The translations under genes were made by a program, and so were the position numbers. Of a stretch of 64,000 bases of DNA, positions 41,204-50,419 are shown one piece after another. The notes beneath the pieces were generated by a model. It saw only the letters and a program-made list of their open reading frames with translations. It was not told the DNA's origin and did no database searches. This DNA comes from a virus: positions 37,401 to 101,400 of IMG/VR virus record IMGVR_UViG_3300012005_000003. One strand, 5' to 3'. The number at the start of each line of letters is the position of its first letter. The stretch's first letter is position 1.

Positions 41204-41686
41204 TTGTATATGAAAGTATTAGGAAAATTAAACGAGGCTGCAAAAGAACCTGTGAACTACGACAAGTGGCGCAGAGCTATGAATGGTAAATCAATTGGAA
41301 GATTCATCTTCTTTTTACAAGATACGATGGGTAACAAGAAACGATATATTGTGAATATCAAATATAATGAGACTATAGAAGAGAATGAACTTTCTTTATC
41401 TGAGATATTGTTAGGTGGTTGGGAAGATAAGGCTGCAACAAGTTTCTCTTTATCAAATATGCAAAATAAACCTGGAAAATTGTTTGATCAGACTGATTCA
41501 ATAGGTTTCACTGATGCTTATTTTAACACGTTGATAGATGCGTTTTCTAAAGATGAAACTACTGCAGAGAGATTTATGAATAAAATTTTTAAAGAAGAAT
41601 GGTTGGGTAAAGATATCAAAGACTTAGTTTTTGATTGGATTAAGACTGGCGTTATGAAATATGTTAAATACGAATTCAAAAAATAA
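41204..41686 (+). CDS. Hypothetical protein, weak leader (MKVLGKLNE)
   Basis: First gene of array B; CTATATATAG at 41171-41180. Confidence 0.65.
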   Translation: MYMKVLGKLNEAAKEPVNYDKWRRAMNGKSIGRFIFFLQDTMGNKKRYIVNIKYNETIEENELSLSEILLGGWEDKAATSFSLSNMQNKPGKLFDQTDSIGFTDAYFNTLIDAFSKDETTAERFMNKIFKEEWLGKDIKDLVFDWIKTGVMKYVKYEFKK

Positions 41687-41693
41687 AAAACAT

Positions 41694-42329
41694 ATGAAAC
41701 ATATAAAACTATTCGAACAGTTTCTTAATGAGTCTAAGAAAGATTATAAAAATCACAAACTTGCTGATCATATAATCACTAAAAAAGATGCTGGGAAATT
41801 AGCAAATTTTGAAGATGAACAAACAGGTCCAGTGGGTCCAGGTTTTTCAAAATCTAAATATGATAATTTCATTAATGATATTGAAGGTAAAACTATCAGA
41901 GAATTTTCTGAATGGAGATGGCCAGAAGAACCTCAAAAACAGTTCAATATAACTTTACATATTTTAGATTTGGATGAAAGATCAGTAAAAGAAAATTCTT
42001 CTACAAATTTAACGCCAAACCAATTAGAAAAACATGGATTATACGAAGTTTTAGTTCATGGAGATAACAATGAAGAAAAATTCAAATTTCAAGAACTGGT
42101 ATTGGATATTAATGATAAAGAGATTCTTGCATTGGATTATGACTATTTCAGATTAGAAAAAGATAAATCTAAATTAAAAGATGTGTACAAAATAGATTTA
42201 AAGTATGTCACAACTGTAGGTATAGAAGATACTTTATTAGATGAATGTGTTATATTATATAATATCAAAGGAGATGAAATAAAAACAGAACTTGGCTTTA
42301 AAGTTGAATTCGTTGTAAAAATAGATTAA
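41694..42329 (+). CDS. Leader-tagged putative internal virion protein (start revised)
   Basis: MKHIKLFEQFLNE at 41694. Confidence 0.8.
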   Translation: MKHIKLFEQFLNESKKDYKNHKLADHIITKKDAGKLANFEDEQTGPVGPGFSKSKYDNFINDIEGKTIREFSEWRWPEEPQKQFNITLHILDLDERSVKENSSTNLTPNQLEKHGLYEVLVHGDNNEEKFKFQELVLDINDKEILALDYDYFRLEKDKSKLKDVYKIDLKYVTTVGIEDTLLDECVILYNIKGDEIKTELGFKVEFVVKID

Positions 42330-42333
42330 GAAT

Positions 42334-42813
42334 ATGAAACATATTAAATTATATGAACAATTCGTTCAGGAAAAAGTCGACATGGAAAAATTGGAGTTTG
42401 AATTAAAACAAGCTAAAAAAGATAATCCAGATAAGGATGTGTCATATTTTTTTATTAATGACGGTAAAAATGGTTACAAAATTCAAATAAAGGATAAAAA
42501 AAATAAAGGTTCCAGTAATAAACCTACACTAGAAAATATCAGTTTTAGATATAAATATAATGATAATCAAGATATGGAAGAGCTTGTAAATAAAGCAGCT
42601 CAGGAGATGGGAATCATGACAGATATGATCTTTTTTAGATCTGTAGACTTACCAGAAACTGTTAAAGAAGTTGTAAATTCAATCATAGGTACATCTAATT
42701 TTAAACTTGATAAAGTTATGAGAAACAGAACTGATGATGGAGATACTATGGTTTATGTCAGTTATGATGAAGATTCAGAACAATATACAATATTTTCAAA
42801 TAAAGAATTTTAA
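42334..42813 (+). CDS. Leader-tagged putative internal virion protein
   Basis: MKHIKLYEQFVQE. Confidence 0.8.
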   Translation: MKHIKLYEQFVQEKVDMEKLEFELKQAKKDNPDKDVSYFFINDGKNGYKIQIKDKKNKGSSNKPTLENISFRYKYNDNQDMEELVNKAAQEMGIMTDMIFFRSVDLPETVKEVVNSIIGTSNFKLDKVMRNRTDDGDTMVYVSYDEDSEQYTIFSNKEF

Positions 42814-42829
42814 ATAAAACTCAAAAAAT

Positions 42830-43138
42830 ATGAAACATATAAAACTATTTGAACAGTTCATAAACGAAAACAAAGAAATATCTTTTAAAATTTCTTATGA
42901 AAAAGATGGATCTTATGAAAAAACAGACATTGTTATAAATATACACGCAGGTAATTCAGGATTTGTAGGAACTGCAAAAGGAATATATAATAAAAAAAAG
43001 GTTGATGCAACGATTTTTTATGGATATGATGATCAATGTTTATCTATAGAAGATGAAAATCTTAGTGAAGAAGATATTGAAATGTTAACCGATATTATAG
43101 ATAACGATGATAATTTTATAGAAAACATTAATAAATAA
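42830..43138 (+). CDS. Leader-tagged protein, paralog of 30827..31138
   Basis: MKHIKLFEQFINE. Confidence 0.8.
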   Translation: MKHIKLFEQFINENKEISFKISYEKDGSYEKTDIVINIHAGNSGFVGTAKGIYNKKKVDATIFYGYDDQCLSIEDENLSEEDIEMLTDIIDNDDNFIENINK

Positions 43139-43171
43139 CTCTAAAGAATTCTAAACAAAAAAAAACAAAAT

Positions 43172-43759
43172 ATGAAACATATTAAATTATACGAACAGTT
43201 CCTTAATGAAAGCAAAAGTTTTAGCATGGGAGATTTTAAACAATCATTATCTAAATATATGGATACTTTCGAGGATTATTGCAAAAGAAAAGGAGTTGGT
43301 GAAGATCTCAAAGATAGAGCTTTAGATTTATTAAGAGAAATAAAAAATAAAGCTGAAAATGATAACAAATTATTCGATATTGTTTGCGATTGGATGATTG
43401 GAGAAGGATCAACTTTAAAACTTCAGGCTATTCTAAGAGAAATTACATCATACCAAGGTGGAAATCGAGAAATTGCAAATTCACCTGAACAATTATTAGA
43501 TTTTAATGCCTTTGCATTACTTGATACTGTTTCAATGCATAATAAACAAGCTGGTAAAATACCTACAAGTTTTTCTTTCTTTGAGGTTCAATTCGGATTG
43601 AGTCATGCAGTGAAAAATGGCATTTTGGATAAAAAAGAATTAGATAGAATAGAAGATGCAATTACTGATAATAGAGTAAAAACTGATAAATTAAAAGAGA
43701 TCTTAGGAGACAGAGCTGATGAACTTATAAATTTCATCATTGACAAAAACAAATACTAA
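43172..43759 (+). CDS. Leader-tagged putative internal virion protein
   Basis: MKHIKLYEQFLNE. Confidence 0.8.
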   Translation: MKHIKLYEQFLNESKSFSMGDFKQSLSKYMDTFEDYCKRKGVGEDLKDRALDLLREIKNKAENDNKLFDIVCDWMIGEGSTLKLQAILREITSYQGGNREIANSPEQLLDFNAFALLDTVSMHNKQAGKIPTSFSFFEVQFGLSHAVKNGILDKKELDRIEDAITDNRVKTDKLKEILGDRADELINFIIDKNKY

Positions 43760-43776
43760 TTTTATATTATAAAAAT

Positions 43777-43807
43777 AAAAAGCCTCAAATTAATTTGAGG
43801 CTTTTTT
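43777..43807. terminator. Bidirectional terminator between convergent cargo arrays
   Basis: AAAAAGCCTCAAATTAATTTGAGGCTTTTTT. Confidence 0.85.
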
Positions 43808-43809
43808 AA

Positions 43810-44127
43810 TTAAAATTTTTCATTGGATGTTGTTGTCAAATGATATCCAGATACTGTGTATAATATAGTACCATCTCCGAATTCAACATCGTAATATTCA
43901 TGATTCTTATCGCCTAATTCTGTATAAGTTGCTAAACATTCAATAATAGCTTTTTTACCATCAAGTTGATCTAATTTATGTTCCCACCAGTCTGAATCAT
44001 GTTCTTCTTCATCGAAACCAAATTCTGTAGCTCCGACTCCATTCAAATCAAATGTAACTTCAGTTCCATTAGGAATAGATTGTTGTTTTTTGTTTTCGTT
44101 TAAAAACTGTTTAAAATTATTTATCAT
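43810..44127 (-). CDS. Leader-tagged putative internal virion protein
   Basis: MINNFKQFLNE. Confidence 0.8.
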   Translation of the reverse strand: MINNFKQFLNENKKQQSIPNGTEVTFDLNGVGATEFGFDEEEHDSDWWEHKLDQLDGKKAIIECLATYTELGDKNHEYYDVEFGDGTILYTVSGYHLTTTSNEKF

Positions 44128-44159
44128 GATTTATATTTTTTTTTTGGTAAATACTTATT

Positions 44160-44599
44160 TTAGATGAATTCTGTGTAATGTTTTTCGTAGCATTTTAATA
44201 CAGCAATCAACGGAGAACCAAAATCTTCCATAAATCCCATATATTCGTCTTTAACATCTATTTCTTTTCCGTTAACTTTTAAAGTTGCATAGTTTTTCTT
44301 AGAGTCAGAAGGGTTTGGGCTTATTACATATTTACATTCTAACGAAACTTGATGTCCGTTACTTAATTCAATATCATATCATTTCTTTCTGAACCTATAG
44401 AACCTTCTACAGAAGTAACTGTAATAGCAGGAACAGGAGAAAAATTCCATTTTTTGATCTTTACTTCTTCGCTAGGAGCTTGACCATCAAATTCATCATT
44501 AAATTCTACATTAAAACTTTCAATTTTTGTAGCTTCAGCTAATTTTTCAACTGTATCATCTTTTCCTTCATTCAGGAACTGATTAAAGTTTTTTATCAT
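44160..44599 (-). pseudogene. Leader-tagged gene with one frameshift near 44370
   Basis: MIKNFNQFLNE...; an alternative frame continues IELSNGHQVSLECKY...HYTEFI* to 44160. Confidence 0.65.
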
Positions 44600-44602
44600 A
44601 GT

Positions 44603-44921
44603 CTATATATTATTATTATTTTTGTTGATAAGAGCATTAAGCTCTTTCATTATTGCATCATGTTCTGTCCTGCATTCCTTGGAATTATAAGGATTATATC
44701 CTCCGTTTCCCCATTCGGACCAGCATATCAGCAGTATTTCACCTTTTTCTAATTATCAGCAGCCATTACAAGCATTGATGCATCAGGTGATGTATATTTG
44801 CTATCATCTTCAGGATCCCAATTTGGTGATATTTATCAATGAATTTTCTGATCCTGCTTGCAAGATCTTTCATATATTCAATATTGTTTTCATTTAAGAA
44901 CTCTTTAAAATTGTTTATCAT
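44603..44921 (-). pseudogene. Leader-tagged gene with two apparent frameshifts (not in ORF track)
   Basis: MINNFKEFLNENNIEY..., then PNWDPEDDSKYTSPDASMLVMAAD, then LEKGEILLICWSEWGNGGYNPY in different frames. Confidence 0.6.
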
Positions 44922-44923
44922 AT

Positions 44924-45373
44924 TTATTTAATTCCTTTCCAAACTAAAATTGTAGTCATTCCTAAATTGTTAACAGCATTAGCTCTGTGAGTTCCATCGA
45001 TTATACAGAAATCTCTATCTATGATTATAGGAGGATATGTTCCAGTCTTTTCTATCTTTACTTCTATAGCTTCTACATGATCTTCGTCCTTGTACCATTC
45101 ATCCAGATCTAGTTTATCGATATCAATTTCTGTCAATTTATATCTTTTATATTTTTCAATCCTGTCTCCAAGATCTCCTTCATGAAAATCATCATAGTTC
45201 CTGTGTAAGCTTTGGGCATAATTGTAAATATCTGATTCATCAACAATATCTCCAATTTTAGCATTCTTCCAGCATAGATTCTGGTATGTTTCAGATCTTG
45301 ATTCGTTCATAACAAATTTCTGAATATTTGATATATTCTTATGAGTATTTTTAAATTGTTCGAAACTATACAT
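44924..45373 (-). CDS. ParB/sulfiredoxin-like protein with a leader-like N-terminus
   Basis: YPPIIIDRDFCIIDGTHRANA; MYSFEQF...VMNE. Confidence 0.75.
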   Translation of the reverse strand: MYSFEQFKNTHKNISNIQKFVMNESRSETYQNLCWKNAKIGDIVDESDIYNYAQSLHRNYDDFHEGDLGDRIEKYKRYKLTEIDIDKLDLDEWYKDEDHVEAIEVKIEKTGTYPPIIIDRDFCIIDGTHRANAVNNLGMTTILVWKGIK

Positions 45374-45378
45374 TGTTT

Positions 45379-45774
45379 TTATTTAATTTTATATTCATCA
45401 AACAACTGATAGACTTCTTTTGCTATGGTTTTAAACCAATTAACTTGTACATGATCTTCATCTTCTTCATCAGCATCAGCTTTCATCAAATCGAAAATAT
45501 AAGATAAATTTATGATTTTTTCAAAATCGTAATCTATGTTAAAGCTAGAAGGCAGACCGCTGATCCAATCAGCGAAACCTTTTATGTTTTTTTCTTTGTG
45601 ATATTCACTTTTAAAACAGTCAAACAAAAATTGTAATCTATCTTTATCTGATTTTAAAACAATGTTATAATTATCTGCATCGATAGCATTCAAAATATAG
45701 ATATCCAGAGCTTCTTTGTTTGTTGTCGATGTTGATTCATTGACGAATTGTTGAAATGTTTTGATATTTTTCAT
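45379..45774 (-). CDS. Leader-tagged putative internal virion protein
   Basis: MKNIKTFQQFVNE. Confidence 0.8.
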   Translation of the reverse strand: MKNIKTFQQFVNESTSTTNKEALDIYILNAIDADNYNIVLKSDKDRLQFLFDCFKSEYHKEKNIKGFADWISGLPSSFNIDYDFEKIINLSYIFDLMKADADEEDEDHVQVNWFKTIAKEVYQLFDEYKIK

Positions 45775-46211
45775 TAATCTTTTTTAGTTTTTTCTTCTGT
45801 TTGTGGATTTGGATCTTCCATTCTGCCAAGATCCAAGATCGATTTCTTCATCTTGTAAAGAGTTTCATTTTCAGGAGTGCTCTTCATGATCTCAGTGAAT
45901 GCCATTTTTGTAAAATCTATACATTGTTTGATATCATCAAATTCGAATCTTTTGCTCAGATTGATATTTTTAGGTTTTGCAGTAAATGAAATATACCATT
46001 GGTTGCTATCGTCTTTGGACCAATGATTACCAGAAACATTATTAATAGATCCAATGTTTATATCATTAGCTAATATTTCATAACCTCTCAGACTATTACG
46101 AGCCACAACAGAAGCCAATCCAGTTGATGCTGAATATCTCTTGGTTTTGAATTTGTATAAATCTTTCTCTTTCTTTACTTCGTTCATGAAACCATCAAAA
46201 TTCTTTATCAT
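45774..46211 (-). CDS. Leader-tagged putative internal virion protein
   Basis: MIKNFDGFMNE. Confidence 0.75.
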   Translation of the reverse strand: MIKNFDGFMNEVKKEKDLYKFKTKRYSASTGLASVVARNSLRGYEILANDINIGSINNVSGNHWSKDDSNQWYISFTAKPKNINLSKRFEFDDIKQCIDFTKMAFTEIMKSTPENETLYKMKKSILDLGRMEDPNPQTEEKTKKD

Positions 46212-46213
46212 GG

Positions 46214-46606
46214 TTAGAATATAACTTTTATTTTCTTTGTTTTGAAGTCTATATCGATCTCCTGTGGTTCTACAGTGCCACCGAATTCAAAATTGTTGAT
46301 CTCGGATTCAAACTGCCAGTTTGAATCAGCTTCAAATTCAAGTTCTTTTACATCATCTTTATCTTCTTCAGGAGTTGTTACTGTGTAATCACCGTAAACC
46401 TTTAATATTTCTACATCGAATGAAGATATGCCATGTTTTGTTTCATATATGTTCGTTTTCCATTCTATGGTCATGTCTAACGGATCAACATATTGTTCTC
46501 CTTCTACAGGTTTATTGTAAAGATTAACAAATCTATAGCCAAGCTTAGTTTTGAAATTATCAGTTGTGTTAGATTCATTTAAGAATTTATTGAAATTTTT
46601 GATCAT
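46214..46606 (-). CDS. Leader-tagged putative internal virion protein
   Basis: MIKNFNKFLNE; AATATATAG upstream. Confidence 0.8.
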   Translation of the reverse strand: MIKNFNKFLNESNTTDNFKTKLGYRFVNLYNKPVEGEQYVDPLDMTIEWKTNIYETKHGISSFDVEILKVYGDYTVTTPEEDKDDVKELEFEADSNWQFESEINNFEFGGTVEPQEIDIDFKTKKIKVIF

Positions 46607-46661
46607 GATATTAGTTATATTATGTACTATATATTAATATTTTAACAAAAATATCAAAGTT

Positions 46662-47168
46662 TTATTTCTTGGATTTTTCTTTTTGTGAAACTTTCAATAT
46701 CTTTTCAACACTCAATGGACTTGGAATCCATCCTCCTTTATAATCTGAAATCTTACTTTTTATAATAGAGAAAGCTTTTTCTATTTTATCTCTTTCCTTT
46801 CCTTGGATGTGTATATATCCTCCAGTTTCACAAAAATATTTAATATCTTCTACATTGAAAAGTGAAACCACACCCATCAGAACAGTCCAAGGATCTTCAT
46901 CCTTCAAAGGTTCTAGTTCATGATTCAACTTGATAAGATCTTCCAACATTATTTTGAATATTGGATTATTCATGTCTCCAATTTTGTCAAATATATTGAA
47001 TATATTTTTACGATATATGTCAGCATTTATATCATCAGACATCATATAGTCTGTGTAAAGATCCAATCCAAATGCATCAGAAACAACCTTGCTTGGAAGA
47101 TAGTTGGTGTCTGTTACAAATTTTGGAGTATTTTTGGATTCTTTCAGAAAATTGTTAAATTTTTTAAT
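46662..47168 (-). CDS. Leader-tagged protein lacking a canonical start (frame open to ATT 47168)
   Basis: IKKFNNFLKESK lies in frame upstream of the track ORF, preceded by TTG-TAG-CGT; sits at the TnpB right end. Confidence 0.55.
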   Translation of the reverse strand: MKKFNNFLKESKNTPKFVTDTNYLPSKVVSDAFGLDLYTDYMMSDDINADIYRKNIFNIFDKIGDMNNPIFKIMLEDLIKLNHELEPLKDEDPWTVLMGVVSLFNVEDIKYFCETGGYIHIQGKERDKIEKAFSIIKSKISDYKGGWIPSPLSVEKILKVSQKEKSKK

Positions 47169-47187
47169 ACGCTACAAATATAGCTAT

Positions 47188-47310
47188 ATATGATTTAAAA
47201 TTTGTATACATTATACAAATTTCTTCTTAAGCAAAGCTTGAACTATTGTTCTACTTTAGCGCTTAAAGGTCTAATCCTAGACATGCTTAATTTTATTTCT
47301 TAAACCGAAA
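47188..47310 (-). ncRNA. Probable TnpB omega-RNA (right-end) region
   Basis: Non-coding stretch overlapping the tnpB 3' end, with hairpin AAATTTGTATA-ATG-TATACAAATTT (47199-47223); boundaries are guesses. Confidence 0.45.
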
Positions 47311-48398
47311 TTCTTGATATTGTTTGCAGCATTGATATCTCTATCATGTTCAATACCACATTTACAAGTCCATTCTCGATCCTTCAATGTCAGTTCTTTA
47401 TTGATTATACCACAATTTGAACATGTTTTTGATGATGGTTCGAATCTACCTATGAATATTAGATTTTTTCCATACCATTCAGTTTTATATTCAAGCTGTC
47501 TTCTGAACTCACTCCAGCTAACATCCTGAATGGCTTTAGCTAAACAATGATTTTTCATCATCCCATCAACATTCAAGTCTTCTAGAACTATCGTGTTATA
47601 CTTCTTGGTTATCGAAGTTGTTATTTTATGCAGATTATCTACACGTTGGTTTTTTATTTTCTCGTGTATTTTAGCAACTTTAAGTTTCTGTTTTTTATAC
47701 CCATTGCTTTGTTCTTTTTGTCCTTTCTTAAATCGTCTAGACAAAGTCCTTTGTTCAATTCTTAATTGCTTTTGTGCCTTTTTATACCATCTAGGATTCT
47801 CAAACTTGGTTCCATCAGAAAGTATAGCTAAATCTTTAATTCCTAGATCTATACCTATGGTTGTATTTTCGTCTATTTCAGGTTTAGTTGGACCATCTAT
47901 TCCAGTATCAACCTGGATAGATATAAAATATTTACCAGTTGTTGATTTGCTAACTGTGCAAGTTTTTATAATGCCTTCAAATGTCCTATCGATAATGATA
48001 GGTACCCATTTAAGTTTTGGTATAAATATTTTACTATTTTCTAAATCTATTTTTACATGTTGAGGTAGTTGGAATGATTGTTTAGAGTGTTTGTTTTTAA
48101 ATTTAGGAAATCCTTTGCCTTTGAAGAAAGCTGTATAAGCATTATCCAGATTGTTTAAGGACATCTGCAATGCCTGACTAGGACTGTCTTTCAACCATGA
48201 ACATTGTTCTGTTTGTTTAAGCTCTGTCACTTGTTTGTTTAAATCAAAACAGCTCAAATTAACTCTAGCACTAGTGTATGCTGAAATCTTAGTTTCTAAA
48301 CCTAGATTATAGACGTACCTGACAGAACCAAATATACATTTCAGTTGCTCTGTCTGGAGCAAATTAGGATATATTCTATATTTAAAGGCTTTTATCAT
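47277..48398 (-). mobile_element. tnpB: TnpB (IS200/IS605 family, IS1341-like, no adjacent TnpA)
   Basis: KAFKYRIYP HTH, GFPKFK, GIDLG, VLEDL, SSKTCSNCG, CKCG, HDRDINAA; RuvC D-E-D triad intact. Confidence 0.92.
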
Positions 48399-48526
48399 TT
48401 TCTTTAATATATTATATATAAAGTAAAGCTGGCTCCGTTAGAATTTTTATTTATAGTTGTGAATTATTGATAAATATTTTTGTATAAAAAAATATATAAT
48501 TAAAACAACTGATAAAAGTATAAATC

Positions 48527-49165
48527 ATGTCTACTAATCCATACACAAAAGTTTTTATCAAAGATCTCAAAAAGTCTTGCAAGGAACATAATGTTGATCT
48601 GAAACTAGAAGATTTACCAAAAATCAGATATGCTAAAAACATGTATGTTTCTGGTTATTTTCAGGATGAACCTGCAGAACTTGTCACAGCAGTCAAAATG
48701 TCTGAAGATAAATGGTTGTCTATATTAGTACACGAGTCTTGTCACATGGACCAGTGGATGGAAAACACCAATATATGGAAACTTCAAAATTCTGAATATG
48801 GAGATATCAATAGCATCCTGGATAATAGATTAAAAGGAGATAAAAATTGTACTGTAAAACAATTCAGAGATGCTTTAAACAGATGTCTTCGTCTGGAATT
48901 GGATTGTGAGAAAAGATCAATCAAGAAGATCAAAAAATATAATCTTGCTATAGATATAAAAGACTATATCAAGAAAGCTAATGCTTACATATTCCTATAT
49001 AGTGTCATGGGATCAACTTACAAATGGTGTGATACTGCTCCATACAAAATAGAAGAGATATATAAAATAATGCCGGATAAGTTTCTTAGAGTCAAAGATT
49101 ACACTCATGATAAAAAGATGTTAGATCTTTATAAAATGTATTGTTACAAAAATAAAAAGAGCTGA
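48527..49165 (+). CDS. HExxH zinc metallopeptidase-like protein
   Basis: ILVHESCHMDQW...ELDCE; TATTTTTG at 48475-48482. Confidence 0.7.
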   Translation: MSTNPYTKVFIKDLKKSCKEHNVDLKLEDLPKIRYAKNMYVSGYFQDEPAELVTAVKMSEDKWLSILVHESCHMDQWMENTNIWKLQNSEYGDINSILDNRLKGDKNCTVKQFRDALNRCLRLELDCEKRSIKKIKKYNLAIDIKDYIKKANAYIFLYSVMGSTYKWCDTAPYKIEEIYKIMPDKFLRVKDYTHDKKMLDLYKMYCYKNKKS

Positions 49166-49186
49166 TAAAATATATCAGCTCTTTTT
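49154..49186. terminator. Bidirectional terminator
   Basis: AAAAAGAGCTGATA-AAATA-TATCAGCTCTTTTT. Confidence 0.85.
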
Positions 49187-49204
49187 CATTTCATATATTT
49201 GAAA

Positions 49205-49924
49205 TTAAATACCTAAAACTTTTCTTATATTACTGATTTTGGATTTTATCTGTGCATCCATGGCATCGTAAAGTTCTACTTTACCATCATCAAAGATTGC
49301 AAAAGCTAACTTGTACCAATCTTTATTACCTCCTGACAATTTATCAAGTTCCTCTCTCATTTTTTCATTTCTTACTAGAACATAATAAAATGTTACATCT
49401 CTTTTGAAAAAATAATCATTGAAATGTGAATTGTTTTTGTATGTTGTGCACCATGCGCTGTCACAATCGTTATTTCTGTGAGCAAATACAGTAAGGCCTA
49501 ATTTTCTACTGGCTTCATGTGTGTTCGGACTTGCAATGTATAGATCTTTATCATCCTTTATAAGATCGTAATCATCTTCTAGCTCTTTCATTGATGCAGT
49601 ACCTCTGCTGTTCAATTCGTCTATATAAGATTTGAACTCATCTAATGATTTAAATGTACCTATGTCATTCTTTTCAGCTTTGCTTTTTCCTACTAAAAGA
49701 TCATATTCTTCTACATAAGATTTGATGCTATCAACAGCATAAGCTTCTTCAATGTACATCTTAGATAACCAACCTACATATTTTTTAGTCTTGGAAGGGT
49801 CTATAGCAATGATAGAATCTACAGTCTTTTGAGAAATCTTACCAGCTTTGATGTAAGCTTCTGCTTGTTTCTTGTTTTCGTTTAAATGGATGTTTTTCCA
49901 TTCATTCATGTTTGTTATGATCAT
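49205..49924 (-). CDS. Leader-tagged putative internal virion protein
   Basis: MIITNMNEWKNIHLNE; HEASRKLG...WCTTY motif. Confidence 0.7.
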   Translation of the reverse strand: MIITNMNEWKNIHLNENKKQAEAYIKAGKISQKTVDSIIAIDPSKTKKYVGWLSKMYIEEAYAVDSIKSYVEEYDLLVGKSKAEKNDIGTFKSLDEFKSYIDELNSRGTASMKELEDDYDLIKDDKDLYIASPNTHEASRKLGLTVFAHRNNDCDSAWCTTYKNNSHFNDYFFKRDVTFYYVLVRNEKMREELDKLSGGNKDWYKLAFAIFDDGKVELYDAMDAQIKSKISNIRKVLGI

Positions 49925-49938
49925 ACTATATTTTTATT

Positions 49939-50406
49939 TTAATTATTAAATTCACCTTTAAGTTTCACATAATCAGGAAGTTTTAATTCAACTTCATTCT
50001 CGCCACAATTAAGATCTCCTCCTATATTTTTAGAGCACCCATCCAAAGATATTAATTGATTAACACAACAATTAAAATTTTTTCCTACACTATGTGGACT
50101 ATTTTCCAATGACATTAATTGATTATGATTGCAATCAAAATCTCCTGTTATTTCAATATCTTTAAACCATACAGGAAATGTTGTCCAATCTTCTCCATCT
50201 AAATAAACATTACCTTTCACTTTCTTAAGCTTGACAAACTTAGCATCAACATCCATGAATGATGAATCAAGATTTAAAGGTCCTTCTATCACTTCCTGAG
50301 AAAGTAACTTGATGTTCATTTGCATTCTTTTTACTTTCCTCTCTTCAATGTTGCGAGGAACTAACAGGTTTTCATTTACGAATTGTTTAAAATTTGTTAT
50401 GATCAT
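49939..50406 (-). CDS. LRR paralog 2 (3 repeats) with leader
   Basis: MIITNFKQFVNENLLVPRN. Confidence 0.85.
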   Translation of the reverse strand: MIITNFKQFVNENLLVPRNIEERKVKRMQMNIKLLSQEVIEGPLNLDSSFMDVDAKFVKLKKVKGNVYLDGEDWTTFPVWFKDIEITGDFDCNHNQLMSLENSPHSVGKNFNCCVNQLISLDGCSKNIGGDLNCGENEVELKLPDYVKLKGEFNN

Positions 50407-50419
50407 GTTCTATATTTTT

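Noticed and set aside
26314-43759. CRISPR array or integron suggested by the recurring ATGAAACATAT... repeats
   Set aside because: The repeats are coding starts separated by whole genes; no cas or integrase gene and no attC-like pattern was seen.
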